DNA of 63,627 nt, filler included, from Hausera hauseri (GCA_046269625.1; 12 parts of 12 records of this genome joined end to end with filler, not necessarily neighbours in it), one strand, 5' to 3'; positions 37,601-50,720 are shown, numbered from the whole stretch's first letter. A program made the numbers and translations. The notes: a model not told the origin generated them from the sequence alone.

Positions 37601-37676
37601 TAATCTATTCATCCATTGAAACATCAAATTTTCAATGAAAATTGGAAATTTGATGTTTCCATGGATGAGTAGATTA
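37601..37676. repeat. Hairpin with 36-bp arms and GAAA loop
   Basis: 37601-37636 versus reverse complement of 37641-37676: 3 mismatches. Confidence 0.85.
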
Positions 37677-38658
37677 TGTTTCACCTCTGAAAATAAACAC
37701 ACGATTGTCCCACAGGCCCTGCAAACACCGTTACAAGTCCTGGATTGAGCACCAAGCTCCACTCATGATCCCAAAGTCCTGGCTTGAGCCCCAGGCAAAA
37801 AGTCCTCAAAATGAGGCAAACTAGACGAAATAAATTTAAATTATAATGACCAGTTTGTCGTTTATGTTATCAAAGTTTAACAAATTTTTCCTCGTATGTG
37901 AAATGGGGAAAAGCAGCTTTATTTTCCTGCTTGTTGATCATGTTATGTTAAAGTATAATATGAAAATTGTAATTCTCTCGCTACCATGCCGGCGCGGCAC
38001 ATTTCTGGCGAGCCATAGTAGCAAGTGGGCTGAGCCGCCGTCTTAAAAGATGCGGTCTCCACATTGCCAAACCTGATCCTCCGGTTCAACATGCGGAGTT
38101 CGAGGTGGGAGGCTGAAGTTTATTTCACCGTTTGTTGTAATTTTTTACAACATTGCATATCTATTATAGTAGGGTGAAATCATCTCCAAACCGTATGGGT
38201 GTATGGGCCTAAAAAAATGGAAATGCAATGATTTTCTTTTTAGTCTTGAGGTACATTAGGATATAGCTTTAGCATTAATGTAAAATCTTTGAATTTTTAA
38301 TCAGTTCTTTAAATACATCACCCCGAATATAATGGGAGGGGTTTTATTAATAAATCACCCCAAAGATAATGGTAGGGGTTTATTAAAATTTTTACAAATT
38401 ACTAAAATTCAGTTTTCATAAAATCATTTAATTTGTTGAAGACTGAATTTCAGTAATTATATATAGTATTAAATAATTATAGTATTTTACTAAATAATTA
38501 TGAATTAATTATTTTAGGAAATAATGTCTTCAAATAATGATAAACCTGAGACTGCTAAGTCAAACTTTAAAATCCCCAGAAAACAACGTGATTATAATCA
38601 ATACCAAAAACGATGGACAAACGAAGATCCACAATTAATTAAACCGAAAATTTTACAT

Positions 38659-38746
38659 AATAAGAAAGTTGATGCAATAGACAATAAGAAAGTTGATGCA
38701 ATAAACAATAAGAAAGTTGATGCAATAGACAATAAGAAAGTTGATA
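38659..38746 (+). repeat. 24-bp tandem repeat, about 3.5 copies, encoding NKKVDAID in ORF 38524-38790
   Basis: AATAAGAAAGTTGATGCAATAGAC units. Confidence 0.9.
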
Positions 38747-39419
38747 AGGTTTTAACATCAGTAATTAACATCTTTGTAATTAACGAATAGACAGTCATAT
38801 TATTGCCTATTAGTTAATTACAAAGATATCCTCATCAAGAGACGAGAGGTGCTGGAACACAACAGCGACATACAGCGAATCGAAGCGAAAAGAGACCAAG
38901 TACGGTGAGGAGAAACAACTCCTTTGTCGGATAGCCAGTACTTCCTGTGGAGAATGAGTATCCTTAACAAACGCCTGGAAATCCTCGAGGACATAAAGGA
39001 ACTCAAAGACCGGTTAAAACTATGCCGGAGACTGATCACATGGGATATCAACAAATTCGTTGATTACATCTATTACGATATCCTATATGACTATCAAATT
39101 GATTCTGATTAATTGCATATTTGCATGAAATAAATTAAATGTTTTTGCTTTTGTGTTATAATAAATTTTTATTATTGTTTTTTTATATTCATTTTTTGTG
39201 TTAAAATATAAAAAAAATTATTCTACATAAAAAATGAGCATAATAATATTAATCACAATATTTAGGGTTACAATTAATGCTACCTACTAAATAACTAGTA
39301 GAAAAAAGAAATTAACACTTATAATCATACCACCCAAACCGCTTAGTGAAACAAAAAACTCAGTCAGAAAATGAGAAGCATGCGGTAAGTATTAAAGCCA
39401 AAATTGGATATTGTCTTTA

Positions 39420-40950
39420 ACAATTCTTTTTGGTGATCATAGCAATTTCCCTGCGAACATTGATTTACGATAAGGTTTTAAAATTTGAGAAATAAACTTT
39501 TGGCTTATTCTGTGTAAATTCGTATCAACATTCGTTCAAAATCTCAAAATTTTAGATTTGGTAAATCATGGCTGACTCATGGTTGAAAAGGTTACCCCCT
39601 ACAGACGGTGTTTTTCGTGATGATAATTTTGGTAGAATCATTATAGACGGTTCTAAAAAAATTTGCGGTGTCTGTACATTTGATCGGTAATAATCAAAAC
39701 AATCACCACAACACGTATGTAAATTTTCGACTGTTATTCTGTGATTTGATTGTTTCCAGAAATCAGGATTATAGACCGGAATTACTATACGGCGATTTTG
39801 ATCATTTCAAGTGCGAAATATTTTTGGAATTGATTTGATCTTGTTCTTCAATAAATTAAGCATAAGCAATTGTTCTGATTAGGGTAAATCAGGAACAATT
39901 TTTAATTTATTGTAATCCAACAACAGTTCCTGTAAAACCATTTGTAATACGTTTAAAGACTTCATCTCTTCAGTTTGATTCTTTTGTAAGTTGAGTGTCA
40001 TTAGTTTTGATAGGTTTGAAAATACATAGGGAGTTAATTTGGTTTCATTATGAGATATATTCAAATAAACCAGCTTTGTTAAACTGCCAAATTGTCTAAC
40101 ACTGCCAACTTGGTTAAGTGGCATAAGTTTGATATTCTTGGAGAAATGTGTGATAAACATAACTTTGGAATCCTTATATAATTAAAGTTTTGGATAAAAG
40201 GATCAATAGCTCTGATTGCAGCAGAGATCCTCCGAGGACAGAAAACGGGCCCGGGAAACCGGTGCAACAGTGGCCAATCTATTGCGCCCAATTGTGTCCG
40301 ACAGAAAAATGCCAGGGTGCCGGAACGCACGAAAGGCACCACAATGTAGACAGAGGTATATGGTCGTTTCAAGTGGTATTTTTTCGTGGTCGTAGTAATT
40401 GCATTATATGATTTGACGTTGGATTGAATGTGACATGTTAGATTATGGTCGTCATTAGAAATAATTAAGAAATAAAAACACTTGACTGAAAAGGTTCATC
40501 GACATTTGTAGATAACATTCATATCAATAACATTCAGTTGTATTCACTGAATAAGTTTGATTTGTTTTGACATAATATAGTAGGAAATCCAAAGACCCTA
40601 TTAGGGCGGGGCTAGTGTGTTAGGATGTCGTATAGGAACGTCCAATAAGCGTTACAATTGGTCTAGAAACAAGAAGATCTCTTAAGGAAATGGTTTAGTC
40701 AATTTGAAAAAGATGTTTTTGTTGTGTGAAAAATAAATTGGTCATTATCTTGTTTGTTTCTTGTCTTTGTCCTTAATGTAGTTGCATCAAATGGATATTA
40801 AACAATTCAACCTGGAAATCTGAACTACCAAAATCGACCATGAAAAATATAACCGAAATGTATGGAGGATCCGGTGGAAGCTTGCTGGTTCGTTAGTCAA
40901 ATCTAAGTTGGTACAGTCTGCTATGACGATAACTTGATAGCTGTGAATAT
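39420..40950 (-). pseudogene. Decayed Toll-like/extracellular LRR protein
   Basis: LRRNT-like IADCTNLDLT near 40920; LTKLVYLNISHN, FSNLSKLMTLNLQKN, LQELLLDYNKLK; many stops; an unrelated GC-richer stretch at about 40190-40400. Confidence 0.55.
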
Positions 40951-41134
40951 TTGTATTGAAATCTCAGGAAACATCATTTGAGATGTTTTTTGGTTTAGAA
41001 AGGATTATGTGGGACGCATAAACACAATTGTTCANNNNNNNNNNNNNNNNNNNNNNNNNNNNNNNNNNNNNNNNNNNNTTAATTAATTAANNNNNNNNNN
41101 NNNNNNNNNNNNNNNNNNNNNNNNNNNNNNNNNN

Positions 41135-41692
41135 TTTAGTAACGCTATGAAACATCGCTTTCTGTATACGCATTTCGGTTTCGTAAAAATCCACTACTAC
41201 GATGTTTGATTCTAATCATTTTCCGGTATCGTATTCCGCACCGTAACAATGTCCATTGTGCATATCTAGTCTTCCTGCTGCCACTTTATACACTCTGATT
41301 ATTTTTCCCTGCTACATTTTTATTTTCATATCGTCCCATTTTATTCTTCCCGCTTTTCTAGCTTGCTTACAATGCTGTCTCTCCAAATTCATCGGGATTA
41401 ATGGGGTTGTTGGCTTAATTACTGACGAGTGCCCATGCACCAGTACATAATGGAAAATGCTGCGAGATCGCCGCAACATACATTCTACTCCATGCAAGGT
41501 AACTAGTTCGCGTTGATGACATAATATATAACTTTTCTCTTTTGTTTCTAATCTGTGGGGCCTCGCATTTTCGCACATTTTCAAGTCCATTAACAAATAT
41601 TTTTGGCCAAGTCTAAATTTGTCACAATCATATACCGTGACTGCGCCAATTTGCCTTATTAACATCATTATGGTAAAAAATTGATTAGCCAA
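41135..41692 (-). pseudogene. env: N-terminus of chuvirus-like glycoprotein
   Basis: Hydrophobic FFTIMMLIRQIGA then VTVYDC; ECMLRRSRSIFH, RQHCKQA, HCYGAEYDTGK; closely similar to 31727-32200. Confidence 0.8.
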
Positions 41693-41778
41693 TTCGATTC
41701 ATTTCCTCTGCGATTTCCAGTTACATTTCGTAGCAGATCTCCGAATCTATTGTTATCAAAGAAGAATCCACTCAAATG

Positions 41779-44700
41779 TTATTCCTGTTTTTCGAATAAC
41801 TTAGACCTGTTCACTTCTCGGGGTAGCTTCCTGGCAGCCTTCCTTGTCAAGCTAGTAGCCTTGTTAAACTCATTTTCTCGATTCGGATTGCTTTTGATGG
41901 CCATATATAGCAACACTTTTCTCAGTTCCTCTATGGTATTTTCTACCAAAATTTTCTCAATTATAATTTCATCGCTTAAAGTACTTTTGGTTAATTTACA
42001 CTGGAGGTTCTTTATGGCCTTGGCGGCGTTCGCTATGGCCTTCTCCTTCTCGTTTAATATATCACCATCGAGGTTAGAGTGGTTTACTATTCGTACCAAA
42101 TTTTTCATAAGTTCGTTCAGCTCCTCATTATCCGCATTAAAGGTTGGTATGGACATCTGCCTTAATTCTCTGATTAAGTCTCCATTATAGTCGATCTCCT
42201 TCCGCATTTTCCGTGGTCTGCCGACAGGACACTTTTGTTTTGTTATAGGAAGTACATTGATATCGATCGGTACTAAATTTTTATCATATTGCTCATTATC
42301 TTCATCTTTTGCAGGTACTCGAAATATACTGCTGCATCTCCGACTCCTATTATTCTTCCTACCTGTTGTTCGGCTTTAGCCTTCCTTATGGCCTCTTCTT
42401 TTGTTTCATTGATAGTGGTGGTTACCACCAACCGGTTTAATTCTCCTGGATAATTTTAACATCATCAATAATTCTGTCTCGTCTAGTATTCTTCCTCGGA
42501 AATAAAGTCTATAGCTCAGCTCATGGACGTATCCGTTATTCTTTATCCACAGTAATACATATTTTACAAGGGAGCGCGTAGTGAACTCTTGTTCTTTTCG
42601 TCCATCCAGTCCGATGCTAATTTTACTAGAATCGTCTCTTCTGCTTTTGCTTTTAGGATTTTGGCATATTCTTTGTGTAAACGCTTAGGTACTGTACTGA
42701 AGATCGTACCTTCACTAGCTAATTTAGTTAGAGTGGGGACTAACCGTCTTAACTGAATTTCAGTGAGATTTACCTCGATCAGCTGAGTTAAATTTTTCTC
42801 GGTTTGTGCTGGGTCCAGAATCATCCCTATATCGAACCTTTGGTCTGGAGAATATATCTCCATTTCGCCTAAGTATATTGGGGTTTTCGGATTCTCCGCA
42901 ATCATTGCATCTAAATAGGCCTCCCAATCTGGTTCATTTTTATTATCTGGCAGTTGATAGCTCCTCGACGGTATATCGGCTGGCCTGTCTACACCCGCGA
43001 GCTATGTAATTGCTCTGAGTTCTTGTAGTTTCTGTTGCATTTGGACCATTTTCGTCGTTCGGAAACATCGCCCATTAGCGGACGTTTGGTGGAGCAGTGT
43101 TAACATTGAACATAAATTAGCCCATTTTCTTGAAAATTTTTTAGTTCAGACGTGACATCTCTTTGCCATCTTTGCACGAATTGTGCCTTGTCCGCTTTTT
43201 CAGCTTCTGTAAGGGCGTATTTGTTTTTATACACTTCGAGTACTCTAGCTAGTTCGTCTAATCTTATCGCTCTCTGCTTCGTCTTAATGCAAATTTCTTC
43301 GACTTGCTGTATTTGTTGCAACAATTGTCTTAATTTACTGTCACTAATTTCTGCCATTTCCCCCATCAATAGCGCTAATTCGTATATCTCATTAATGCTG
43401 TTTGAATCTGGATCGATTGCATCTAATAATTTTTTACAAATTTGATCTCTTTGGAATTAAGGTTGCGGTCCTTCTTTATTTTAATTAGTTCGGCATAATG
43501 CCTTTGATCCGTTCCGTCCATCCATCCTTGTGGCTGGTGTAAGAATTTCACCGTTTCTTCAACAATCGACCGATTTTCGCGACAAAAGTCCAAGGTTTTA
43601 AGGTCTTGGATCGAGATTTCTTCAATAAGTTTAGCTGTCAACCATCGTATCCTTTCAGACCGACATATCTTAATCGCGGATAGAAATCGCAAGTCGCATT
43701 CCGTTTTCGAATAAAGTTTGTTTCATAGATCATCTTATATATATCATTTAGTATCATCGTTTCTTGTTTCTTTTCCATAAAATTCAATTGACGTAGCGTC
43801 TCGAATTGGGTTTGGATGTCATTTTCTGCTCTCATTGTATCTAGATTTCGGGCGTCTTTCTCTAATTGCTTCTTCACTGTAGGCTCACTCTCGGAAAATT
43901 CTTTTTTTCGATCGCCTACTAATTTACTCAGCCTCGTTATTATTTCGGACCATTCTTTCAACTGATTAGCGATTTCTGGCTTTGCCAGTATTGCTTTGTT
44001 CAAAAATTTGCGAGCGTCTTCTAGCTAGTCATCTAAACCTTTAATAAAATCGATGATCCGGTAGGCATAGTCAAACTCGTCCTTGTATTCATCGGACTCG
44101 AGGATACAAGTCAGAATTATTTTCTGCATTTTATTATTTGCCGGGTGCATGATCCTAGTTCTTATACTATATATCTGCGACCGTTTTTCGACTTCAATTT
44201 TAATACGATTCTCCAGATTTGCATATTGCTTGGAGGCCGTCGAAGCGATCTTTATCATTTCTGTTAAGGGTGAAATATCTATTGGTTCTATGCCCAACAT
44301 CTCTAAGTCGTTTGCATCTCGTTGCTCGACTATGATGAATCTAATTTCGTCCATGACACGCTCCAAATTACGTACTACTTTTTTTAATTTCGGGTTGGCT
44401 TCTAATATAGCTAATAACGACTGAGCCTTGTTGATCCTAGTTTCAATGTCTTGGGTAGTTTTGTCCCACGTCTCCGGAAATTTCGCCTTGCGTTTGATCC
44501 ACCGTTCTAATTCACGTTTCTACTGAACAAGTGTTTCTTTAGCCACTTTTTCGGGCTGATCTAGATCTATAGCTTCGCTTAGTTTTCCTTCACTACACAA
44601 CTTCATCTTTTTATATAGTCTGTCTACGAACTGCTGTTCCTTACCAGAAATATCAATTTGTTCGCTTATTGCTTTGAGCTTCTCTAGGTTCTGTCGTAAT

Positions 44701-45482
44701 ACCTCTGGATTGCGACAATTCATCCTCATTCTTTTTAACTCCTCTGCATTTTTCCACAAACGCCTTATCTTCCACTTTTTAGGATAAAGTTTCTCCTCTT
44801 GTTCTGTTTCCTCTTCGCTAGTGAGTAAAGGACATACGTCATTTATTTCATTTATAGATTTTGTCGGCTCATTCATTTCGCTTGGCGTAACTAAATTTAT
44901 TTCTGGAACGTTCGAGGCACACTCCGTGTCGCTTTTTAACGCGATTTCGGTTTCTCTCTCTATCTTAGATTTCTGTTTGATCATTGGGGATCTCGAACGG
45001 TCTTTACGTTTCCGTCTCAGTAATAGGCTACGGCCTCTATTTTTGGTAATTTTAAGTATAAATGGTTCGATATATTCTTCTTTTTCGTCCACCACTGCCT
45101 CCTTAGTTACCGTTTTTATAATATATTTAGGTTCTACATCCGAATCGGCTTCGCCTGTGGTCTCAGGCTTTTCTATTTCATCTAACTTTTTGTTTATTGT
45201 AAGAACGTTCTTTTCCCCTACCATATCACTGAGCCTTGGTGGGGCAATGGAACGTTCATACTCCGTTTCTGGTTCACGCAGGCCATGGTAAACTTCCATT
45301 AGTCGTAATTTGTGCTCATATTCGTTTCTAGCCACTAAAACTTTGGGGTCCTTGGTTTCAGGCTGGGCTTTTAAAAAACGCCGTAAATCCTGTATCTCGA
45401 TAATCATTCCTGTTTCTCTACGAACACCGTAAATTGCTTCTAAATTTTCATTTTTAATTACGTTAGTGTTACTAGGTTCCAC
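41779..45482 (-). pseudogene. About 1200-codon charged/helical region between gag zinc knuckle and env, decayed
   Basis: ORFs 44520-45482, 44025-44366 and 43638-44003 share one frame (single TAGs between them); four more co-oriented pieces follow after frameshifts. Confidence 0.7.
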
Positions 45483-45876
45483 AAACGAGACACTTCGCGG
45501 ATTCGGACAGGACCTTGCTATGTGTCCTTCTTGTCCACATGTGAAACAGACTAAATTGCCATTTCTTCCAACTCTTTGCCGGCCATCTTCGTTTAATGGC
45601 GATTTAGATCTACTCGGATTTCTATTGTAGTTTGGTTGCGACGGAGCCTGTCTAGGCGATTATCATAATTCCGGTTGTCATTCTGTCGACTAAAGTTTTT
45701 AGAGCCATCTAAGCGTTTATCTGTTTGATAATTTGATTTATTAGAAAAGCTATTTCGACTATTATCAAAATTCTGATTACTGTATCGATCGTTTCTTCGA
45801 TCATAATTACCGTTCTTGTTCCGATCCCGGTTAAACCGTCTATCATTTCTATTATTTCGGTTTCTATCGCTCCGAT
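45483..45876 (-). CDS. gag: Gag C-terminus with R/N-rich tract and CCHC zinc knuckle (45507-45548)
   Basis: CFTCGQEGHIARSC, in frame with ORF 44520-45482. Confidence 0.85.
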
Positions 45877-46399
45877 NNNNNNNNNNNNNNNNNNNNNNNN
45901 NNNNNNNNNNNNNNNNNNNNTTAATTAATTAANNNNNNNNNNNNNNNNNNNNNNNNNNNNNNNNNNNNNNNNNNNNTATATATTGATGATAGACTGGTTC
46001 GAATTTAATCAATTGACTCAATGAATAGGTTTTGACATCCTTATTATCTCTCAGCGTAGAGATAAACAATTCATTCTTCCTCGGTCATTTCTTTCAAGTT
46101 ATTGGGGATTTCACCAGTCTGATTGTACTCTACATACGTACTCTCGTGCAATTTATTGCTGATTTGCCTATAAATAGATTTTGATTTGGGGGTAAACACT
46201 ATAAAGCATTTCTGTGAGAACTCGTCGATGCTACGACGCTCGGTTCCTATCTTCGTTATCGTTGTGGTACTTACCGCTCTAAATAATAAGCAATAATGGT
46301 TAATCATATAGCAAAGTATTCTTTTGAATTAAAACCAATTCTTTGTTTGATGATGGAATAAGTCGATCTGTATTTATCAGGTTATTTCACCATAGGTTT

Positions 46400-47710
46400 T
46401 GCCTTGGGGCACCATTACTCTTAATTCTCTTTGTTTCATTTTATTGCGCTTAGTCTGGTAATTTTAGGTAACTAAGCAAAAGGTCGCAATTATCATTATG
46501 CGAGCGAACGTTGATAGTCCAATAATTGACAAAATTGGCAAAGTCGTCAATCCAGTTGGATGTTGTGTAGTGATTGGAGTTGTGATCTCGTCGTCTGTGT
46601 TTTCGTATAAATGTGGTTCTTCATCGACTTCGTCTAAGGTACGTAAAGTGAACGTTTGGTTTTGTTTATTTTGTGCATATACTTGTATTATATAATCCGA
46701 CTGTGGTTTTAATAAGTTACATTCTGTCTGATAACTTTTTAAAAGTAATGTCACAATTTAGTTATACATTTTTGAGCAGCTTATATGAATGTCGTAATTT
46801 ACTTTTTCTTACACGGAAAGCACAATCTTATGTCGCTGGGTCAAATATTTAATAGGTATACTTTCTAGTTCTCTTTTAGGCATTCTACTCGAAGTGGTCA
46901 TTTCAGTGGTAGTACTTACTTGAGTATCTGGTCTTCTTGTTGTCGTTTCCAATGAAATTTTCTGTCTCAGTTTTTGGGCGATATCCTTGTAGGTAAATTC
47001 TTGATTTCTTCGGTGGGGTTGCGTATAAATCGAATAGTATTCTGTATTCGTTTACCAATAGAATTTTACGGCAAACGTTCGTTTTACCTCATGCGATATA
47101 ACAGTAATTCGCTAACAGAGCTATCTTTTCTATCGAAAGGAATCAAATAGAGATTTGTCTATCGCCGGGCAATCTTGTTTTTGTTTTAATCTGGATACAA
47201 TTATTCCTTATGTCCCTAGAAATTCCGATTGTTATCTTCCAAAATTCGTCTATGAGGATCAATACTTCGCATAATCCCTAAGTTTTGCTTGATTAGTTTC
47301 GTTCCGCTTGGGCATGTCTATATTGAGTTGTGGTAGTGTGTAGGCTGGGGCTCCATGAAAATGATAATAAAACATTTGACGTTTACATCCTCACGATCGT
47401 TCAAATTCTAGTTCGCAGCATTTTTGTTGACTTTCATAGAAAAGTCACAGGTTTTTATTATTTTACTGGCTTTATCTATAAATCGTATCTGAAATTTTAC
47501 ATGACTTCTGACGGATCTATCTTCTATGAACTAGGCGCATGGTGTTTTCCAGTTCATGTCGTAGACTCGTAATGACTTTAAATTCTGCATATCTTCCCAT
47601 CTTTCTATATGCTGTAGTCTCTTACAGGAAGGATTGTCTCCTTTACTTTTTGGAAAATAAGAAGCTATTAATGATAGTGCCAAATTATCTGTACGTATGA
47701 TATTTGTCTG
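46400..47710 (-). pseudogene. Post-integrase type I membrane protein (Cys-containing ectodomain, Thr-rich, FN3-like, TM), decayed
   Basis: TECNLLKPQSDYIIQVYAQN, TTPITTQHPTG stalk, TM ILSIIGLSTFARIMIIATFCLV; possible splice acceptor TTTCCAG near 47708. Confidence 0.5.
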
Positions 47711-47799
47711 GAAATTATGGAAGAAGTTTTCCTTTCTTTTTGTTCTTATTTACGTCCTTCGTTCATAATTTTTAACGTTTATTTATTTTTATTTCCGTT

Positions 47800-50414
47800 T
47801 TGACGACTCTGAATTGATACGACTTCTTCTTTTCCATTCTTGTTGATATAAACTATAGTCGGAGTGGTTCTGATAATTTTGTACGGTCCTCTACCAGTAC
47901 GAGTCAATTTTAATGATGTGCCTTTCTTGGCTACTGGATAGTGCACATATATCCAATTTCTTTGTTTTAAATCGCGTGGTTTTGCTTTCTTATTATACTG
48001 CTTTTTAAACTGTTCTTGATATTCTTTGGATAATTCTTTGGCAACTTCCCAACATTTTTGTAATCGTGTCTATAATACTTCTGCGAAATTTTGTTATAAA
48101 TCTTCGGGATTTATGGTATATGGTATCATTCTTAAATCTGTTGGTAATATAGATTCTCGTCCATACAGCATGAAGAAAGGTGTGAATCCAGTTGCAGGAT
48201 GTGGTGTTGTATTAATAGCAAATTAATTCATTCTAAAAATTCGTCCCAATCTTTTTTATCTTTTGCGACTACTGTTGAAAGAATACGTATAACGACAGCA
48301 TTCATGCGCTCGACCAGTCTGTTGCATTGAGCGTGTTATACCGCAGTAGTTAATCGTTTGATCGCGAATATTTTGGTAATTTTCTCATAATAATTCGCTT
48401 GTAAAATTTCTTCCTCGATCAGTTCGGATCTGATCCTGGGTCCATATCGGCAAATAATTCTTCTTACTACACATTCAGCTAGACTTTTAGCTTTTTGGTC
48501 GATTAGTGCTACTAGCTCCACAAAATGAGTCAGTCGATCAATACAGGTTAGAATATATTTGTTATTTTTGTAAGTTGTATGTAGTGGTCCTACAATATCC
48601 ACTGACATAGCCTGCACGGATCTATCTGGTACGTTAATTGGCTTTAGTTCCTCTGTGTAGTTTTTCGTCTTTTCCTGCTTGGTTGCGCATAGTTCACAAG
48701 GGCTTACCCGTTTTTTACGTCAATGTAAATATTAGGCCAAAAGTATTTATTCAGTATTCCCTCTAGCGTCTTTTTCCAGGACACGTGTCCAGCTAGGTAT
48801 GAATCGTGTTCTGTCGTTAGAACTTCCTTTCGTAGTCCTTTTGGAATGACTATCAGTTTCCGTCCTCTTCATTCGTAATATAAAATATTTTCGTGACCCT
48901 TATTATTCAAAACTCAATATATATGTCAATGTCCCTCTAAATGTTTCTTTAGCTGTCGTCCTTTTGATATTATATCTTTTGCAACAAATTCTAAAATCTG
49001 CTGAATGACTTTATCCTTTTTCTGTTCCATTGAACTTTTGATTGCTTTATCTATGGTAAGGCGCGTTGAAGGTTTACTAACGATTAGAGCTGAGTCTTCT
49101 TTATCACGGTAATTACACTCGTCTTAGCTTTTAATCTCGATATTTCGTCAGCATCTACCTGCTTATTTCCGGACTTATACTGAAATTCGATGTTACACCT
49201 CCAGATTTCTTCGATCTATTTATTGAGTCCACATGTTGGATTGTTTGCCTGTCCTTTCAAGGTCGTGACGGCTTTATGATCGGTAACAATTATGATTTTC
49301 TATCCGTACGCATATACATTGAAGTGTCGTAGTACTTCTTTTACAGCTTATGTCTCTAATTCTGTAACGGAATAATTCTTCTCGGCTTTCTTTAACAATT
49401 GTCTTCCATATGCAATTGGATGTTCCAGTTCTTCATCTTTTCGTTTCTGAGCTAGTTCATATCTAATACCTTATTTACTGATATCTGTCTTAATTATGAA
49501 TGGCAAACTAAAATCAGGATACCTTAAAACTGGTTCGCTGGTTCATCGAAGACCTTCTGTTCGACATCCGTCCATTTCCATTTAATGCCTTTCTTAAGTA
49601 AGCGATTTAATAGTGCATTTATTTTTGAGTTATTCGCCACGTAACTGGCAGTATCCGCATAATCCTAGCCAGCATCGTAACTCTCTGATTTTGTGGCTCC
49701 ATGCATTCTGATATTCTGCAGTGATTTATTTGGTTTCGATCCTTCTTCTCCAACTATGTCCAAGGTAAGATACTGCATTTTGAGCCCATTTACATTTCTT
49801 TGAGTGTAGATTTAATCCAGCTTATTCTAATCGCATCAGCGTATCTTCGATATCCATTATTTATTCTTGTTTTTGAGGCTATCATTACATCATCTAAGTA
49901 GATGAATGCATGATATAATCCCATTAGCATTTTATTCATCATTCTTGTACAAATGACCGGTCCAGTTGTAATGCCAAACGGCCTGACACTGAATTCGTAA
50001 ACGCCGTTGTTTTAAATGCCGTTTTATAACGGTCTTCATCTTCAATCTCTACTTGCCAGTATCCAGATTATAAGTCCAGAGTGGTAAACCACTCCTGAGA
50101 GTCTATCCCGAGCTTCTTTAACGGACGGCAGTGAGAAAGTCTAATCATTAAAGTATTCAATGCTCTATAATAAATGCAAAATCGATGTTTCGTAGTACCT
50201 TTCTTTTTACCCATATGTATCGGCGAATACCAAGATCTATAGCTTGATATAATTATATCGGCCTTAAGCATCTGCTCAACTTCTTGTGATTTGAGATCTT
50301 AGTAAATGAGGTGGATGATACCATTTCGGCATCTTCTGATCTTCGAGATCAATGTCTTCATTTATCCCAGGCTTTCTTAAGCGGGATTGTTAACCTCAGA
50401 GCTTTAGCTCTACC
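47800..50414 (-). mobile_element. pol: Decayed Gypsy RT-RNaseH-IN, same family as 34120-36638
   Basis: RSWYSPI, RFCIYYRALN, LDL*SGYWQ, IYLDD, EHPIAYG, AGH..YFWP, VDIVGPL, GPYKI. Confidence 0.92.
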
Positions 50415-50620
50415 AATTTCCATGTATAATTTACAATCGCTTGTTATCATCTTGTGGTATAGTTCGGCTATTTCAACTTGTCCTTTGTAGAAATAATCGT
50501 CTCGATTTTTCAAGTAATCTTCAATTCGGATGTCGTGCGTTTTTAACTTGTAAGTTCGGGCATTTATTTCCGTTTCTGCGATGAAAAATGCTTCATAATT
50601 AGTGGCGAACATCACTACTT
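50415..50620 (-). pseudogene. env: Mid-ectodomain fragment of chuvirus-like env, fused by deletion to the pre-RT region
   Basis: MFATNYEAFF...LYHKMITSDCKL.MEI (matches 32460-32665) continues directly into GRAKA...IPLKK (matches about 34904). Confidence 0.85.
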
Positions 50621-50720
50621 NNNNNNNNNNNNNNNNNNNNNNNNNNNNNNNNNNNNNNNNNNNNTTAATTAATTAANNNNNNNNNNNNNNNNNNNNNNNN
50701 NNNNNNNNNNNNNNNNNNNN

